From positions 1-39,485 of IMG/VR virus record IMGVR_UViG_3300044274_000332: DNA of 39,485 nt, one strand, 5' to 3'. This document shows, piece by piece, positions 1 to 8,547 of the stretch (position 1 is the first letter of the stretch; each line of letters starts with the position of its first letter). The notes beneath the pieces are model-generated. The model was not told where the DNA came from. It did not search any database and saw only the letters and a list, made by a program, of their open reading frames with translations. The position numbers and the translations under genes were made by a program. The DNA is from a virus. Its lineage: Duplodnaviria > Caudoviricetes.

Positions 1-27
1 TTGAAATTTGTACACACGGGGGAGAGT

Positions 28-1239
28 GTGGCGTTATCTGATACCTGGCTGAAGGCCAATAGCGGCAAGCTGCGTGAGAAAACCGAAGAGCGGGCTGACC
101 GTGATGGCCTGAGTGTGCGGCTGTCGCCAAAGGGAAAGGTGACCTGGCAGATCCGGTACCGTTATGGGGGCAAGCCTCAGCGGCTGGACCTGGGTACCTA
201 TCCGCTGCTGGGGCTGAAGGATGCCCGGGAAGAAAGCCACAGGCTGCGTGCCAAGCTGGAACAGGGGTATGACCCCCGGGTTGTTCGGCAGGTTGAGCGG
301 CAGGCCATCATCACGGCGGATTCCCTGGAGCAGCTCTTTCGGCAGTGGTACCAAGCCTACTGCGTCAAGAATAAAAAGGGGCACAGGGAGGTGCTGCGCT
401 CGTTTGAGCTTTATGTGCTGCCTGCCATCGGTGCGCTCCCTGCCAGGGATGTGACGCTGCATCAGTGGCTGGACCTCCTCGAGCAACGTGCTCAGTCCTC
501 TCCCTCCATTGCTGAGCGGCTGCTCACCAACGCCAAGCAGATGTACAAATGGGCATTGCGCCGGCGGCTGGTGGAGCAGAACCCCCTTTCTGATATCCAG
601 GCGTCCCATGACCTCCAGATCAAGAAGGCAACCGGCAGCCGGACCCTGGCCCCGGAAGAGATCCGGATGATGTGGATGGCGGCGGATCAGTCGCGCATGG
701 CGCCTAAGAACAAACTGTTTCTGAAGTTGTGCCTGGTATATGGGTGCCGAAACGGTGAGCTCCGGTTAAGCGAGAAGGCCCATTTTGATTTCGATAACAA
801 GATCTGGACGGTGCCCCAGGAGAATCACAAGCTGGGCAAGATGACGGGTAAGCCGCTGGTGCGGCCGATTGTTCCCGGGGTTGAGCCATTGCTGCGTGAG
901 GCGTTTCAGCTGAGCGGGCGGGGAAAGTATCTGTTCAACAATGCCGGGACCAGTCAGCCCATGGGCAAGAGCTCGCCGCTGGCATTGCCGTATAACGTGA
1001 TGCAGTGGCTGCGCCGGCACAAAGGCTATGAGATGGCGCACTGGTCGGTGCACGATTTGCGACGGACGGCCAGAACCAACTTCTCGGAATTAACAGAGCC
1101 GCATGTGGCGGAAATCATGCTGGGCCATAAGCTGCCCGGGCATTGGCAGGTGTACGATCACTACGACTATCTGAAGGAGCAGGGCGCGGCCTACCGCAAA
1201 TGGTGGGCCAGGCTGGCCCAGATCGTCGGGCAGGATTAA
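28..1239 (+). CDS. int: Tyrosine recombinase/integrase with N-terminal arm-binding domain (P4-like)
   Basis: DGLSVRLSPKGKVTWQIRYR arm domain; catalytic motifs GCRNGE, HDLRRT, LGH, VYDHY; GTG at 28 preceded by GGGGAGAG is the likelier start than TTG at 1. Confidence 0.93.
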   Translation: MALSDTWLKANSGKLREKTEERADRDGLSVRLSPKGKVTWQIRYRYGGKPQRLDLGTYPLLGLKDAREESHRLRAKLEQGYDPRVVRQVERQAIITADSLEQLFRQWYQAYCVKNKKGHREVLRSFELYVLPAIGALPARDVTLHQWLDLLEQRAQSSPSIAERLLTNAKQMYKWALRRRLVEQNPLSDIQASHDLQIKKATGSRTLAPEEIRMMWMAADQSRMAPKNKLFLKLCLVYGCRNGELRLSEKAHFDFDNKIWTVPQENHKLGKMTGKPLVRPIVPGVEPLLREAFQLSGRGKYLFNNAGTSQPMGKSSPLALPYNVMQWLRRHKGYEMAHWSVHDLRRTARTNFSELTEPHVAEIMLGHKLPGHWQVYDHYDYLKEQGAAYRKWWARLAQIVGQD

Positions 1240-1433
1240 GCGGCCGTTCTGGCCGCTTCCTGCTCCTCCCAGGCATCCACATCTTCAATGGCCCAGAGAT
1301 TATGGCTGCCGGACGGGCGCAGCCGTGGCTGTGGGAAGGGGTTGGCGTCCTTGTTCATCCAGCGGAACAGGGTGCGGCTGGAGCAAGAGAAGCGCTCTGT
1401 GAGCTGCTTGGTGGTGTAGTAGCCCTTCGTCAT
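1236..1433 (-). CDS. Excisionase / AlpA-like winged-HTH recombination directionality factor
   Basis: 65 aa, SSRTLFRWM...FPQP...W pattern, convergent with and overlapping int. Confidence 0.8.
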   Translation of the reverse strand: MTKGYYTTKQLTERFSCSSRTLFRWMNKDANPFPQPRLRPSGSHNLWAIEDVDAWEEQEAARTAA

Positions 1434-1681
1434 GATGCACCCACCTGGCAGCCTTCCGCCGTTGTGTTGATGGCTTCAATGCGGCTTTGGTGCTCATCCA
1501 GCGTATCCGGTACCGGGTTTGCTCGGCAGGGCGCGGCCAAGGGGCAGCAGCTGCAGCCGGCAATAGGGCCGTGCGATCGGAATTGATGCTCGCAGATAGC
1601 TTTTGCTCTCTCGCTGAGGGTAGCCATGCCCAGCTGCTGCAGGCGTTGCTCATCGGTGACCATGGTGGCTCCTGTGTTCAT
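1430..1681 (-). CDS. Hypothetical Cys-rich phage protein
   Basis: ATGA-coupled to upstream MTase stop (start 1681, MNTGATM...), CEH...CSCCPLAAPC cluster. Confidence 0.6.
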   Translation of the reverse strand: MNTGATMVTDEQRLQQLGMATLSERAKAICEHQFRSHGPIAGCSCCPLAAPCRANPVPDTLDEHQSRIEAINTTAEGCQVGAS

Positions 1682-3144
1682 GCTGCTGCCTCCATTGATT
1701 GAACCATATTTGCCTCCACCAGTGCCCGGCAGGGGTAGGGTGAGACGCTGTTGCCGCACATCTTCACTTGGTCGGCCTTGGTGAGGCGGGTGCCGTCAAA
1801 GGTGTGGGTGTGGATGTAGTCGGCCGGGAAGCCCTGGGCGGCGAACAGCTCGTGGGGCTGCAGCATGCGCATGCCGATATCCACGATTTGGTAGGGCTCG
1901 CCTTTCACCATCACCAAGCCGTAGCGGTCCCGGGTTGGAATGGTGCCGATTGGGTCGGTAATAGAATGGCCGCCGGTTTCTTTTCCGTAATACTTCATCA
2001 GGAAGGCCCGGACTTCCCCGTGGTGGGTGCCCTGGGCGCTGATGGTGTGCAGGGGCTCCCGGGCGTCGTGGCCGACGTTGCTGCCCCGCAGCTTCACCAT
2101 GTGGCTGGTCACCAAGCTGTGGTGGTCCACGGTGGTGACGGTGCCCAGGGGTTTGCGCAGGTCGGTACCGACTACGCCGGTGTAGTGTTTGGCGAGGAAG
2201 GCTTGAACCAGCTGCCCATGGTTGCCAGTAGGGACAATGGTGGGCATTGGCTTCTGAATGGATAAGGTGCGCGGGCGTTGCCCTGGGGCTTCGCTGTAGC
2301 GCGGCACCATGTACGGTATAGAAATACCGGAGCTGGTGGGCGCAATGAACGGGTCGGCTGATTCGACCACAAACCGGCGGATACCCTCGGCGATCCGGCG
2401 GCAGGTGGCGTCGGCCAGCGGGCGCTTGCGTTCGAAGATGCTGGGGCAGGGTAGGCTCCAGTCGATGATGGCCGCCGCGGTGCGGTAAGGCCTGAGTCCC
2501 GGTCCGTGGGTAGGCTTGGGCCAGGCAATGGGCTGGCCGTCGCAGCGGGCGACCAGGAACAGGCGCTTGCGGATGGTGGGGGCGCCGTAGTCGTGGGCGC
2601 GCAGTTCTTTCCACTCTACCTGGTACCCGTGGCTTCTCAGGGCGTTCACGAAGCTGCGGAAGGTGTGGCCCTTGCGCTTGGGGCAGGGAAGGTGGATCAC
2701 GCCGTCTGGGGTCTTCTTCTTGATCACGGGGCCCCAGGTGACGAACTCTTCCACGTTCTCGAGCATGATCACCCGTGGCTTTACGGTACCCACCCAGCGC
2801 ATCACTACCCAGGCCAGGCCGCGCACCTGCGGGGAAATCGGCTTGCTGCCCTTCGCCTTGCTGAAGTGGCGGCAATCCGGGCTGAACCAGGCGAGACCTA
2901 CCGGTCGGCCCTGGGTGACCTCGCGCGGATCCACATCCCACACGGATTCGCAGTAGTGCTTGGTGTGGGGGTGATTGGTTTCGTGCATGGCCAGTGCCAC
3001 CGGGTTGTGGTTGATGGCGATATCCACGGGCCGGCCAATGGCCTGCTCGATGCCGGTGCTGGCACCACCGCCGCCGGCGAAGTTGTCCACGACCAGTTCA
3101 TCGAAGTTGAAGCCGGCTTGGGGGTGGGTGCGGAAGTGGTTCAA
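1678..3144 (-). CDS. DNA cytosine-C5 methyltransferase
   Basis: Motif I DNFAGGGG, IV SPDC, VI LENVEE, VIII RKRLF, IX/X ELFAAQGFP/CGNSV; TTG start at 3144 overlaps upstream TGA and has GGAGG RBS. Confidence 0.92.
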   Translation of the reverse strand: MNHFRTHPQAGFNFDELVVDNFAGGGGASTGIEQAIGRPVDIAINHNPVALAMHETNHPHTKHYCESVWDVDPREVTQGRPVGLAWFSPDCRHFSKAKGSKPISPQVRGLAWVVMRWVGTVKPRVIMLENVEEFVTWGPVIKKKTPDGVIHLPCPKRKGHTFRSFVNALRSHGYQVEWKELRAHDYGAPTIRKRLFLVARCDGQPIAWPKPTHGPGLRPYRTAAAIIDWSLPCPSIFERKRPLADATCRRIAEGIRRFVVESADPFIAPTSSGISIPYMVPRYSEAPGQRPRTLSIQKPMPTIVPTGNHGQLVQAFLAKHYTGVVGTDLRKPLGTVTTVDHHSLVTSHMVKLRGSNVGHDAREPLHTISAQGTHHGEVRAFLMKYYGKETGGHSITDPIGTIPTRDRYGLVMVKGEPYQIVDIGMRMLQPHELFAAQGFPADYIHTHTFDGTRLTKADQVKMCGNSVSPYPCRALVEANMVQSMEAAA

Positions 3145-3485
3145 TGGGCACCTCCATTCCAGGATCGGGCCGGGTCGGAATCCCATGCCAGAAATTGGAG
3201 GAAGCTATCGAAGCTATCCTCGAATTCGCGGTATCGTTTGTAACGCTCTTTCGCTCGACGCTTGCGGGCAGGCAACTGGCGAACAGGGCCCATGCCCTGA
3301 TATTCCACGCGCCAAGTAGGGTGACAGGGATATACGGTGCCCGGTTCGTCCTCATCAAAAAGCACACCGATGTGGTGGCCGCCATCCTCGGCGATGACGC
3401 CCGGCTTACCGTTAACGACTACCCGGCGCCCTATTTCGGCAGGGACGCCATAGTAATCACGGGCGTACTTGCATGGCTTACCCAT
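3141..3485 (-). CDS. Conserved hypothetical phage protein
   Basis: Coupled in the operon; YYGVPAEIGRRV...GVIAED...HPTW pattern seen in phage early genes; GAGG RBS. Confidence 0.7.
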   Translation of the reverse strand: MGKPCKYARDYYGVPAEIGRRVVVNGKPGVIAEDGGHHIGVLFDEDEPGTVYPCHPTWRVEYQGMGPVRQLPARKRRAKERYKRYREFEDSFDSFLQFLAWDSDPARSWNGGAH

Positions 3486-3687
3486 GGTCGCTCTCACCTC
3501 CGTTATTGGCGCAATCGCTTAGCGCCGACCGGGCCCGGTCGATCATCGCATCCATCCGGTCCAGTTCTGGTTGATCACCTGGATCGGTTAGGTTGCCTTC
3601 AGCATTGGTGGAGCAGTCATAGAAGGCGTCACGCTCTGCAATGGCGAAGCGGAGAAGTTCCTGGGTGCTCTCAATTAATGCGTTCAT
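3478..3687 (-). CDS. Hypothetical protein (69 aa, MNALIEST...)
   Basis: ATGA coupling to upstream stop with GGAGG RBS; the longer 228-aa ORF call overlaps the MTase. Confidence 0.6.
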   Translation of the reverse strand: MNALIESTQELLRFAIAERDAFYDCSTNAEGNLTDPGDQPELDRMDAMIDRARSALSDCANNGGESDHG

Positions 3688-4478
3688 GCTGCCTCCCGAA
3701 GTTTGTATTCGCCGGGTTTTACTCGCTCGAAGTGTGCGCCGGCGATCTGGCGGATCTTCTCGCGCCAATGCGGGTTGTCGGTGGGGCGATTGTTTTCGAT
3801 GCAGGCATAAATCTGGGGCAGGGTCGCCTGACCACCACAGATGCGAAGGGCGGCATAGACGGTTTCGCGCCAGACTCCGGCCTTGCTGCCGTTTCCCACG
3901 AACAGCTCCCGGAATTCCCGTTTCAGCGACTCGAGTGCATGCACTTCGCTGTACAGGAACAGCCCGGACATCACTGTTTTCCGTTCCTTGGTGAAAGTGG
4001 CGAACATCAGGGGCTTGGTGATGCGCTCGAACAGATTCCGGGGCACAAGCTCCTGGGAAAGGGACCAGCGTCGGGAATAGCGCATCACTGTGCCGGCGGT
4101 CTGGAACATGTAGACCGGGAGCAGAAAGCCCACGCGGCCCTCGTACTCCAGCTGCTCGTAGCAACGGTCCAGAAAGCCATCCACCAGCGATGCCTGGAAG
4201 GGCGGGTTCCCGATCACTACCGTGGGCCGTCGCGGCAGGTCCACGGTGCAGAAGTCGCCCACAATGACCTCTCGGCCAGAGTTGGCCACGGCCAGGCCCG
4301 CCATATCCGGATCAATCTCAACGCCGTAGGCATCCACGTTTTCAGGTATGGCCATGAGGAACCGCCCGTCACCACAAGACGGCTCTGCCACAACATCACC
4401 CTGGCCCAGCTCAGGGAAGTGCCGCTTTACCAGCATTTCAGCGGCCCAGGTAGGGGTGAAATATTGGTCCAGCTTCAC
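3684..4478 (-). CDS. DNA amino-(N6-adenine/N4-cytosine) methyltransferase with C-terminal winged-helix-like domain
   Basis: DQYFTP, SAM-binding EPSCGDGRF, GVEID, catalytic GNPPF. Confidence 0.88.
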   Translation of the reverse strand: MKLDQYFTPTWAAEMLVKRHFPELGQGDVVAEPSCGDGRFLMAIPENVDAYGVEIDPDMAGLAVANSGREVIVGDFCTVDLPRRPTVVIGNPPFQASLVDGFLDRCYEQLEYEGRVGFLLPVYMFQTAGTVMRYSRRWSLSQELVPRNLFERITKPLMFATFTKERKTVMSGLFLYSEVHALESLKREFRELFVGNGSKAGVWRETVYAALRICGGQATLPQIYACIENNRPTDNPHWREKIRQIAGAHFERVKPGEYKLREAA

Positions 4479-5425
4479 GCGGCACCCCCGGGGAACTGAT
4501 CCCAGGTCCGGCCGTCCAGGAGGCGACCAGCTTTCTTCTTGCCAACACGGAACATGGGGCCATCACCTTCAGCGCAAATGCAGCCATCCACCCAGTCAGC
4601 CCAGCTATGAAATTCACCAAGCGGGGCGTCGGGCTGTTCGTCCAGCATCTGGCCAGGCACCCATTCACCCCATTGCTTAAAAAGGAATGGCACACCGGCA
4701 AACACGCACTGGTCACGCAGGTCGCGGGCCCACTCTCGATGCATTGGTCGGGCTTCGGTGCCTGACTCTCCTCCGACGATTACCCAATCAACTGCAGGCC
4801 TTACCCAGCCGGTGCCGTCTTCCTCGGAGGCCGACAGCATGGATGCCGCCATCGGGTCCATAGTGGCAAGGTCATGGTCACCCCGATGCAGCCATTCAGT
4901 GATAATCACCAGCTCCAACAGCGGTTCCATGCTCAGCCATCGAACAGCAGCAGGGGTTCCCAGTAGCTTTGGAATGTCGCGGTCGGCTTCTTGCTGGTTC
5001 ACCACCGTGGCGCCCAGCCACACATTCGGCCAGCCGTTGTCCCAGTCGCTGGGCAGCATGCCGGCGACATTTCCGATCCGCTTTGTCAGCAGCAACCAGT
5101 CTAGATTTGGGGTTTCGCTGATCAGCTTGAACAGATCGGCCCGCCATTCAGCTGGCACCTCGTTATCGAATACGTCTGCCAGGCTGGCGCAGAACACCCG
5201 GTACCGGACGCCTTTCTCTGCTGCCTGGGTGTTCCAGCGGCGGGGCTTGGCCCAGTTGGCCGGCGAAGTCCGGCGCCGTGGTGCTCCAGGGCCCCAGTTG
5301 CCGCCATGGAATCGCTTGTTGCGGGTCTCCGCGTAGCAGTGATCGCAGCCGGGACCGACCTTGGTGCAGCCTTCCCACGGATTGAAAGTGTGGTGCGCCC
5401 ACTCGATATTGGTGTTCTCTCCCAC
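4475..5425 (-). CDS. DUF5131 / phage Gp37-Gp68 family radical-SAM-like protein
   Basis: TNIEW..HTFNPWEGCTKVGPGCDHCYAE (Cx6Cx2C), SLADVFD, LLLTKR, SMEPLL, WVIVGGESG, FLFKQWG. Confidence 0.9.
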   Translation of the reverse strand: MGENTNIEWAHHTFNPWEGCTKVGPGCDHCYAETRNKRFHGGNWGPGAPRRRTSPANWAKPRRWNTQAAEKGVRYRVFCASLADVFDNEVPAEWRADLFKLISETPNLDWLLLTKRIGNVAGMLPSDWDNGWPNVWLGATVVNQQEADRDIPKLLGTPAAVRWLSMEPLLELVIITEWLHRGDHDLATMDPMAASMLSASEEDGTGWVRPAVDWVIVGGESGTEARPMHREWARDLRDQCVFAGVPFLFKQWGEWVPGQMLDEQPDAPLGEFHSWADWVDGCICAEGDGPMFRVGKKKAGRLLDGRTWDQFPGGAA

Positions 5426-5435
5426 GGTTCTCTCC

Positions 5436-5693
5436 CTACCTCAACAAAAACACCTGAAACCCGGCATCGGTGACGGTATGGGCGTGATCGCTCAGCATGT
5501 CGTCGATGCACTGGGTGGCGGTGTCGAGCACGTCCACCAGGTTGCAGGGGTTTTGGTTGCGGATTTCGTCTGTGCTGCGGTCGGGCCCGTTTCCCGCGTG
5601 GATCTTGATCAACCATTTGCGGCTCCCAAGGCGGCGGGCCTTCGGGCTGATCCATGGTTGTTCGTCGTGCACGGAGAAACGGGCGACCAGCAT
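5436..5693 (-). CDS. Hypothetical protein
   Basis: Fills operon gap, AGGAG RBS upstream. Confidence 0.6.
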   Translation of the reverse strand: MLVARFSVHDEQPWISPKARRLGSRKWLIKIHAGNGPDRSTDEIRNQNPCNLVDVLDTATQCIDDMLSDHAHTVTDAGFQVFLLR

Positions 5694-5705
5694 GATTGGC
5701 TCCTG

Positions 5706-6533
5706 TTAGGCGCTGAAATTGCCGATGGTGACGGGCAGTTGATCACCAAACTGCTGCTGCAGCAGGGTGGCGAACTCCTCGGCCATTTCTTCTTCGTGTT
5801 GTTCCGGACGGATGATCCGCAGGGCCAGCAGGGGCTTTTCTTCATCGAAGCGCAGGCTCAGGCGCAGGATGAAAGTGCGTTCCGTCAGGCCGGTGTAGGG
5901 TTCGCAGCGGAACAGAATGAAGCTGGGCAATGGTTCGCTGTTGCTGCTGGCTTCCACTTGCTCCATGGCGGACCGGGTTCTGCCCAGCTGGCCTTCGGTG
6001 TGGTCGCTGGAGCTGTTGGCCTTGATGGTGATGCGGCGTATGGCGGCAATGACCTTGCTGGGGGAGAGCCCCTGCTCGTCGCTGGTGAGGCCCTGAATGT
6101 TGTCGCGCCAGTCTTCCAGCCACTCAGCCAGCTGCTGCTGGGTGCGAGTTTTGCCATCCATGCTCTTAATCGCATCGAAGGCGGCGGTGGTTTTCAGCTT
6201 GATGGTGGCGGTGTTGTCCGCATGGCCGGGTTTATTGATATCGCCGAGGTTCAGCACGGCCTTAGCGGTCATGTCGTCGGGCCAGACAAAGCATTCCGCC
6301 CCCATGTCGGCTTTGCCCACGGTGTAGCTGACAAAGTCATCAATGCGACGGGTGAGGAAGTCACCCCGGAACCGGCCGCGCAGAGGCCTGAATTTCTCCA
6401 GCTCCAGCACCCGTGTGTCGTCAGGAAGGGCGGCCACGTCCAGGTCGTCGCTGATTGCAGCTTTGTTGAATTCCAGGCGGACGGTGTTGTCCTGGATATA
6501 TTCCAGCAGGGTCGCGGTTTTGATTGCTTCCAT
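5706..6533 (-). CDS. DUF2303 / YfdQ-family prophage protein
   Basis: Size, GHADN, QQQLAEWLEDW, SAMEQVEA, PYTGL motifs; paired with YfdP-like gene. Confidence 0.85.
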   Translation of the reverse strand: MEAIKTATLLEYIQDNTVRLEFNKAAISDDLDVAALPDDTRVLELEKFRPLRGRFRGDFLTRRIDDFVSYTVGKADMGAECFVWPDDMTAKAVLNLGDINKPGHADNTATIKLKTTAAFDAIKSMDGKTRTQQQLAEWLEDWRDNIQGLTSDEQGLSPSKVIAAIRRITIKANSSSDHTEGQLGRTRSAMEQVEASSNSEPLPSFILFRCEPYTGLTERTFILRLSLRFDEEKPLLALRIIRPEQHEEEMAEEFATLLQQQFGDQLPVTIGNFSA

Positions 6534-6537
6534 GAGC

Positions 6538-6879
6538 TTATTGCTCCTCAGTTGCGTGGGTTTTCAGGAAATCCATCTGGGCATCGGGGGCGATGGTCAT
6601 CTTGCCGCCGCGGCCCACATACATCGGGGTGGTGGTAGTGTCCTCTTCCGTGGCCTTGCCCCGGAGGGTCGGGCGGGACACCTTGAGGGTGTGGCTGATT
6701 TGCACTTGGTGAGATTCGCCGATCTGCTGGATATCCAGCTCCAGAACGACCTTCCCCTTCTTTCTGCCTTTGCCGTGGTCGATGGTGCCGGCGGCCACAT
6801 CGGACAGGGCCTGGCCGAGCTTTTCGACGAAGACGCCGCCGTCCAGCTCACTGATAAAGTCTTCTACGTTGGTACGCAT
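6538..6879 (-). CDS. YfdP-like prophage protein
   Basis: TNVEDFISELDGGVF...KGKV...PTLRGK..EE....TPMYV pattern; adjacent to DUF2303. Confidence 0.75.
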   Translation of the reverse strand: MRTNVEDFISELDGGVFVEKLGQALSDVAAGTIDHGKGRKKGKVVLELDIQQIGESHQVQISHTLKVSRPTLRGKATEEDTTTTPMYVGRGGKMTIAPDAQMDFLKTHATEEQ

Positions 6880-6906
6880 GGTTCTCTCTCCCGCAAGGGT
6901 GGTTGG

Positions 6907-7380
6907 TTAATACTTCTTGCCGTTGCTGCTGGCTCGGTTGGCAAGCTTGTGATCAGCTCGTCGCTGGTTGTAGGCCAATTTCTCTGCTACCGCGCTGCCC
7001 AGGTCATACCCCATGGCGCCTGCAAGGTCGCAGATGCGAATAACCGCATCTGCCAATTCCACTTCTGCCATGTCGCGATGCGGAAGGTGGTCGTCTTTGA
7101 GGTCTTTGCGGTGTCCTTCCATGGCTTCACTGATTTCGCTATGGATTAGGCAGAGCTTGGTCGGGAAGATCGGATTCGGGTCAATGTCTTCGCCGGTTTC
7201 TGGATCGGTCCACCAGCCTGAATTGCGGCTCAATTTGTGGCAGGCCCAAACCAGGTTGTTGGTGTGGTCGGGGATGCCTGACAGCGTGATTGCCAAAGTG
7301 GCATCGATGCGCGGCTGGTCCTGTGCGATTTCGATGTGGTTGCTATCGGGCATTAGACTGCCCTGGTTTTGCTGGCTCAT
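6907..7380 (-). CDS. MazG-like all-alpha NTP pyrophosphohydrolase
   Basis: LIHSEISEAMEG...EVELADAVIRICD...EKLAYNQRR: ExxE...ExxD metal-binding motif. Confidence 0.85.
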   Translation of the reverse strand: MSQQNQGSLMPDSNHIEIAQDQPRIDATLAITLSGIPDHTNNLVWACHKLSRNSGWWTDPETGEDIDPNPIFPTKLCLIHSEISEAMEGHRKDLKDDHLPHRDMAEVELADAVIRICDLAGAMGYDLGSAVAEKLAYNQRRADHKLANRASSNGKKY

Positions 7381-7413
7381 TGATGATTCTCCCGTTGGGG
7401 TAATGGTTAAAAC

Positions 7414-7473
7414 TCAGGTGAGCGCCAGAGTCAGAAAAAGAATGAAGCCAGCAGCACAGAGCACGGTGAGCAT
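7414..7473 (-). CDS. Possible 19-aa hydrophobic peptide MLTVLCAAGFILFLTLALT
   Basis: TAATG coupling to upstream stop, GAGG upstream. Confidence 0.4.
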   Translation of the reverse strand: MLTVLCAAGFILFLTLALT

Positions 7474-7742
7474 TACGCGCTCGCCTCGGTGCGGTTGCCG
7501 CTCTGTCGGCAGAGGAAGCTGCATAAGCCGCTCACGGCGGCGTGGGCCATGCAGGCGGCTTTGGCTTGTTGAACCGTCGGGTAGCAGCCGATGCACTGGT
7601 GAACCGATGCCCGCCAGTTCAGCTTTTGGTAGGGCGGTTTCGGTGGCCAGGCGGTGAATACCGGGGTTCTCCCGGAGAGGCTGCTGCTGACCCGGTAACT
7701 GCCGTTTTTGATGCTGTGCTCGCTGACGGTTTCCCATGCCAT
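7473..7742 (-). CDS. Hypothetical protein
   Basis: GAGGGAG RBS, operon position. Confidence 0.6.
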   Translation of the reverse strand: MAWETVSEHSIKNGSYRVSSSLSGRTPVFTAWPPKPPYQKLNWRASVHQCIGCYPTVQQAKAACMAHAAVSGLCSFLCRQSGNRTEASA

Positions 7743-7759
7743 GTGTCTCCCTCATCGCC

Positions 7760-8020
7760 TCAGGCGGCGCGCTGGATCCGGCCCCACAGTTCCACCAGGC
7801 CGGCTTCGGTTATGTCGATACGTGTTTGCCACTTCCACCCCACGACGGGATGGTGGTATTGGCGGTGGTCTTCTTTGAGCCAGCCCTCGCGCACCCAGGC
7901 CGGGTGGGCCCGTTCGTCTTCGGTAATGGCGCCCATGTCTCGCAGCTGCTCACGGAGCTGGCCGGGCTTGATGCCAAGGCGCTGCGCTGCTTGCTTGATG
8001 CGGTAGGTGGGCTGGCTCAT
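7760..8020 (-). CDS. KilA-C / phage antirepressor C-terminal domain protein
   Basis: IKQAAQRLGIKPGQLREQLRD...W.REGW...TRIDITEAG pattern; GGAGG RBS before ATG 8020. Confidence 0.75.
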   Translation of the reverse strand: MSQPTYRIKQAAQRLGIKPGQLREQLRDMGAITEDERAHPAWVREGWLKEDHRQYHHPVVGWKWQTRIDITEAGLVELWGRIQRAA

Positions 8021-8022
8021 GG

Positions 8023-8547
8023 TTAACCTCCGAATGGCTCCCTGCCGATCAGGCGGCCCGGTTTGGCGGTGTGCCACCATTCCCGGGGCTGATCAGATTG
8101 GTAAATCCGGTATTCGTAGTGAGGCCAGTGCCAGCCGAGCCTGTGCAGAAAGCCCCATCTGTGCTTCCAGTCGGTGTGGATGAAGAGCGTCCAGGTCTCC
8201 GGCTTTACGCCTGCGATGCGGTGCAGGGTTGACCGGGTGATGTGGTTGAACCAGCGGACCGGGCGGGTCTCTACGGTGGCCACTACCAGGTCCGGCTCGA
8301 TCCACCGGGCGAAGGGTGCGTGGTGTTCGCGGTAATGGCCGGTGAGCACCAGGCTGATGGCGTGGTTCCACGGGTGGTTGTGCAGGCTGCGTTCGTGGTC
8401 GTCGCGCACGAACCGGTGCAGGTAGACCGTGAGGCCCAGCAGCTGGCCGATGAAGTACCGCTCCATGTAGGGCTGGCCTTCGATCTTGATCAGCCGGGTA
8501 GGGCGGTTGGCGGTGAGTCGGTAGAGGAGATGGGCTAGCAGGCTCAT
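8023..8547 (-). CDS. Cupin-like (His-ligand double-stranded beta-helix) protein
   Basis: LHRF..DD....LHNHPW..ISLVLTGHYRE...HRI...TWTLF. Confidence 0.65.
   Translation of the reverse strand: MSLLAHLLYRLTANRPTRLIKIEGQPYMERYFIGQLLGLTVYLHRFVRDDHERSLHNHPWNHAISLVLTGHYREHHAPFARWIEPDLVVATVETRPVRWFNHITRSTLHRIAGVKPETWTLFIHTDWKHRWGFLHRLGWHWPHYEYRIYQSDQPREWWHTAKPGRLIGREPFGG

Noticed and set aside
1-27. attL/attR core
   Set aside because: Window starts and ends at gene boundaries; no terminal direct repeat visible
1678-4478. Restriction-modification system
   Set aside because: No recognisable endonuclease next to either MTase; they sit in a lytic early operon like orphan MTases
3144-4499. 451-aa plus-strand ORF (also 5361-6638 and 2506-3243)
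   Set aside because: Antisense shadows of well-supported minus-strand genes in GC-rich DNA; no motifs
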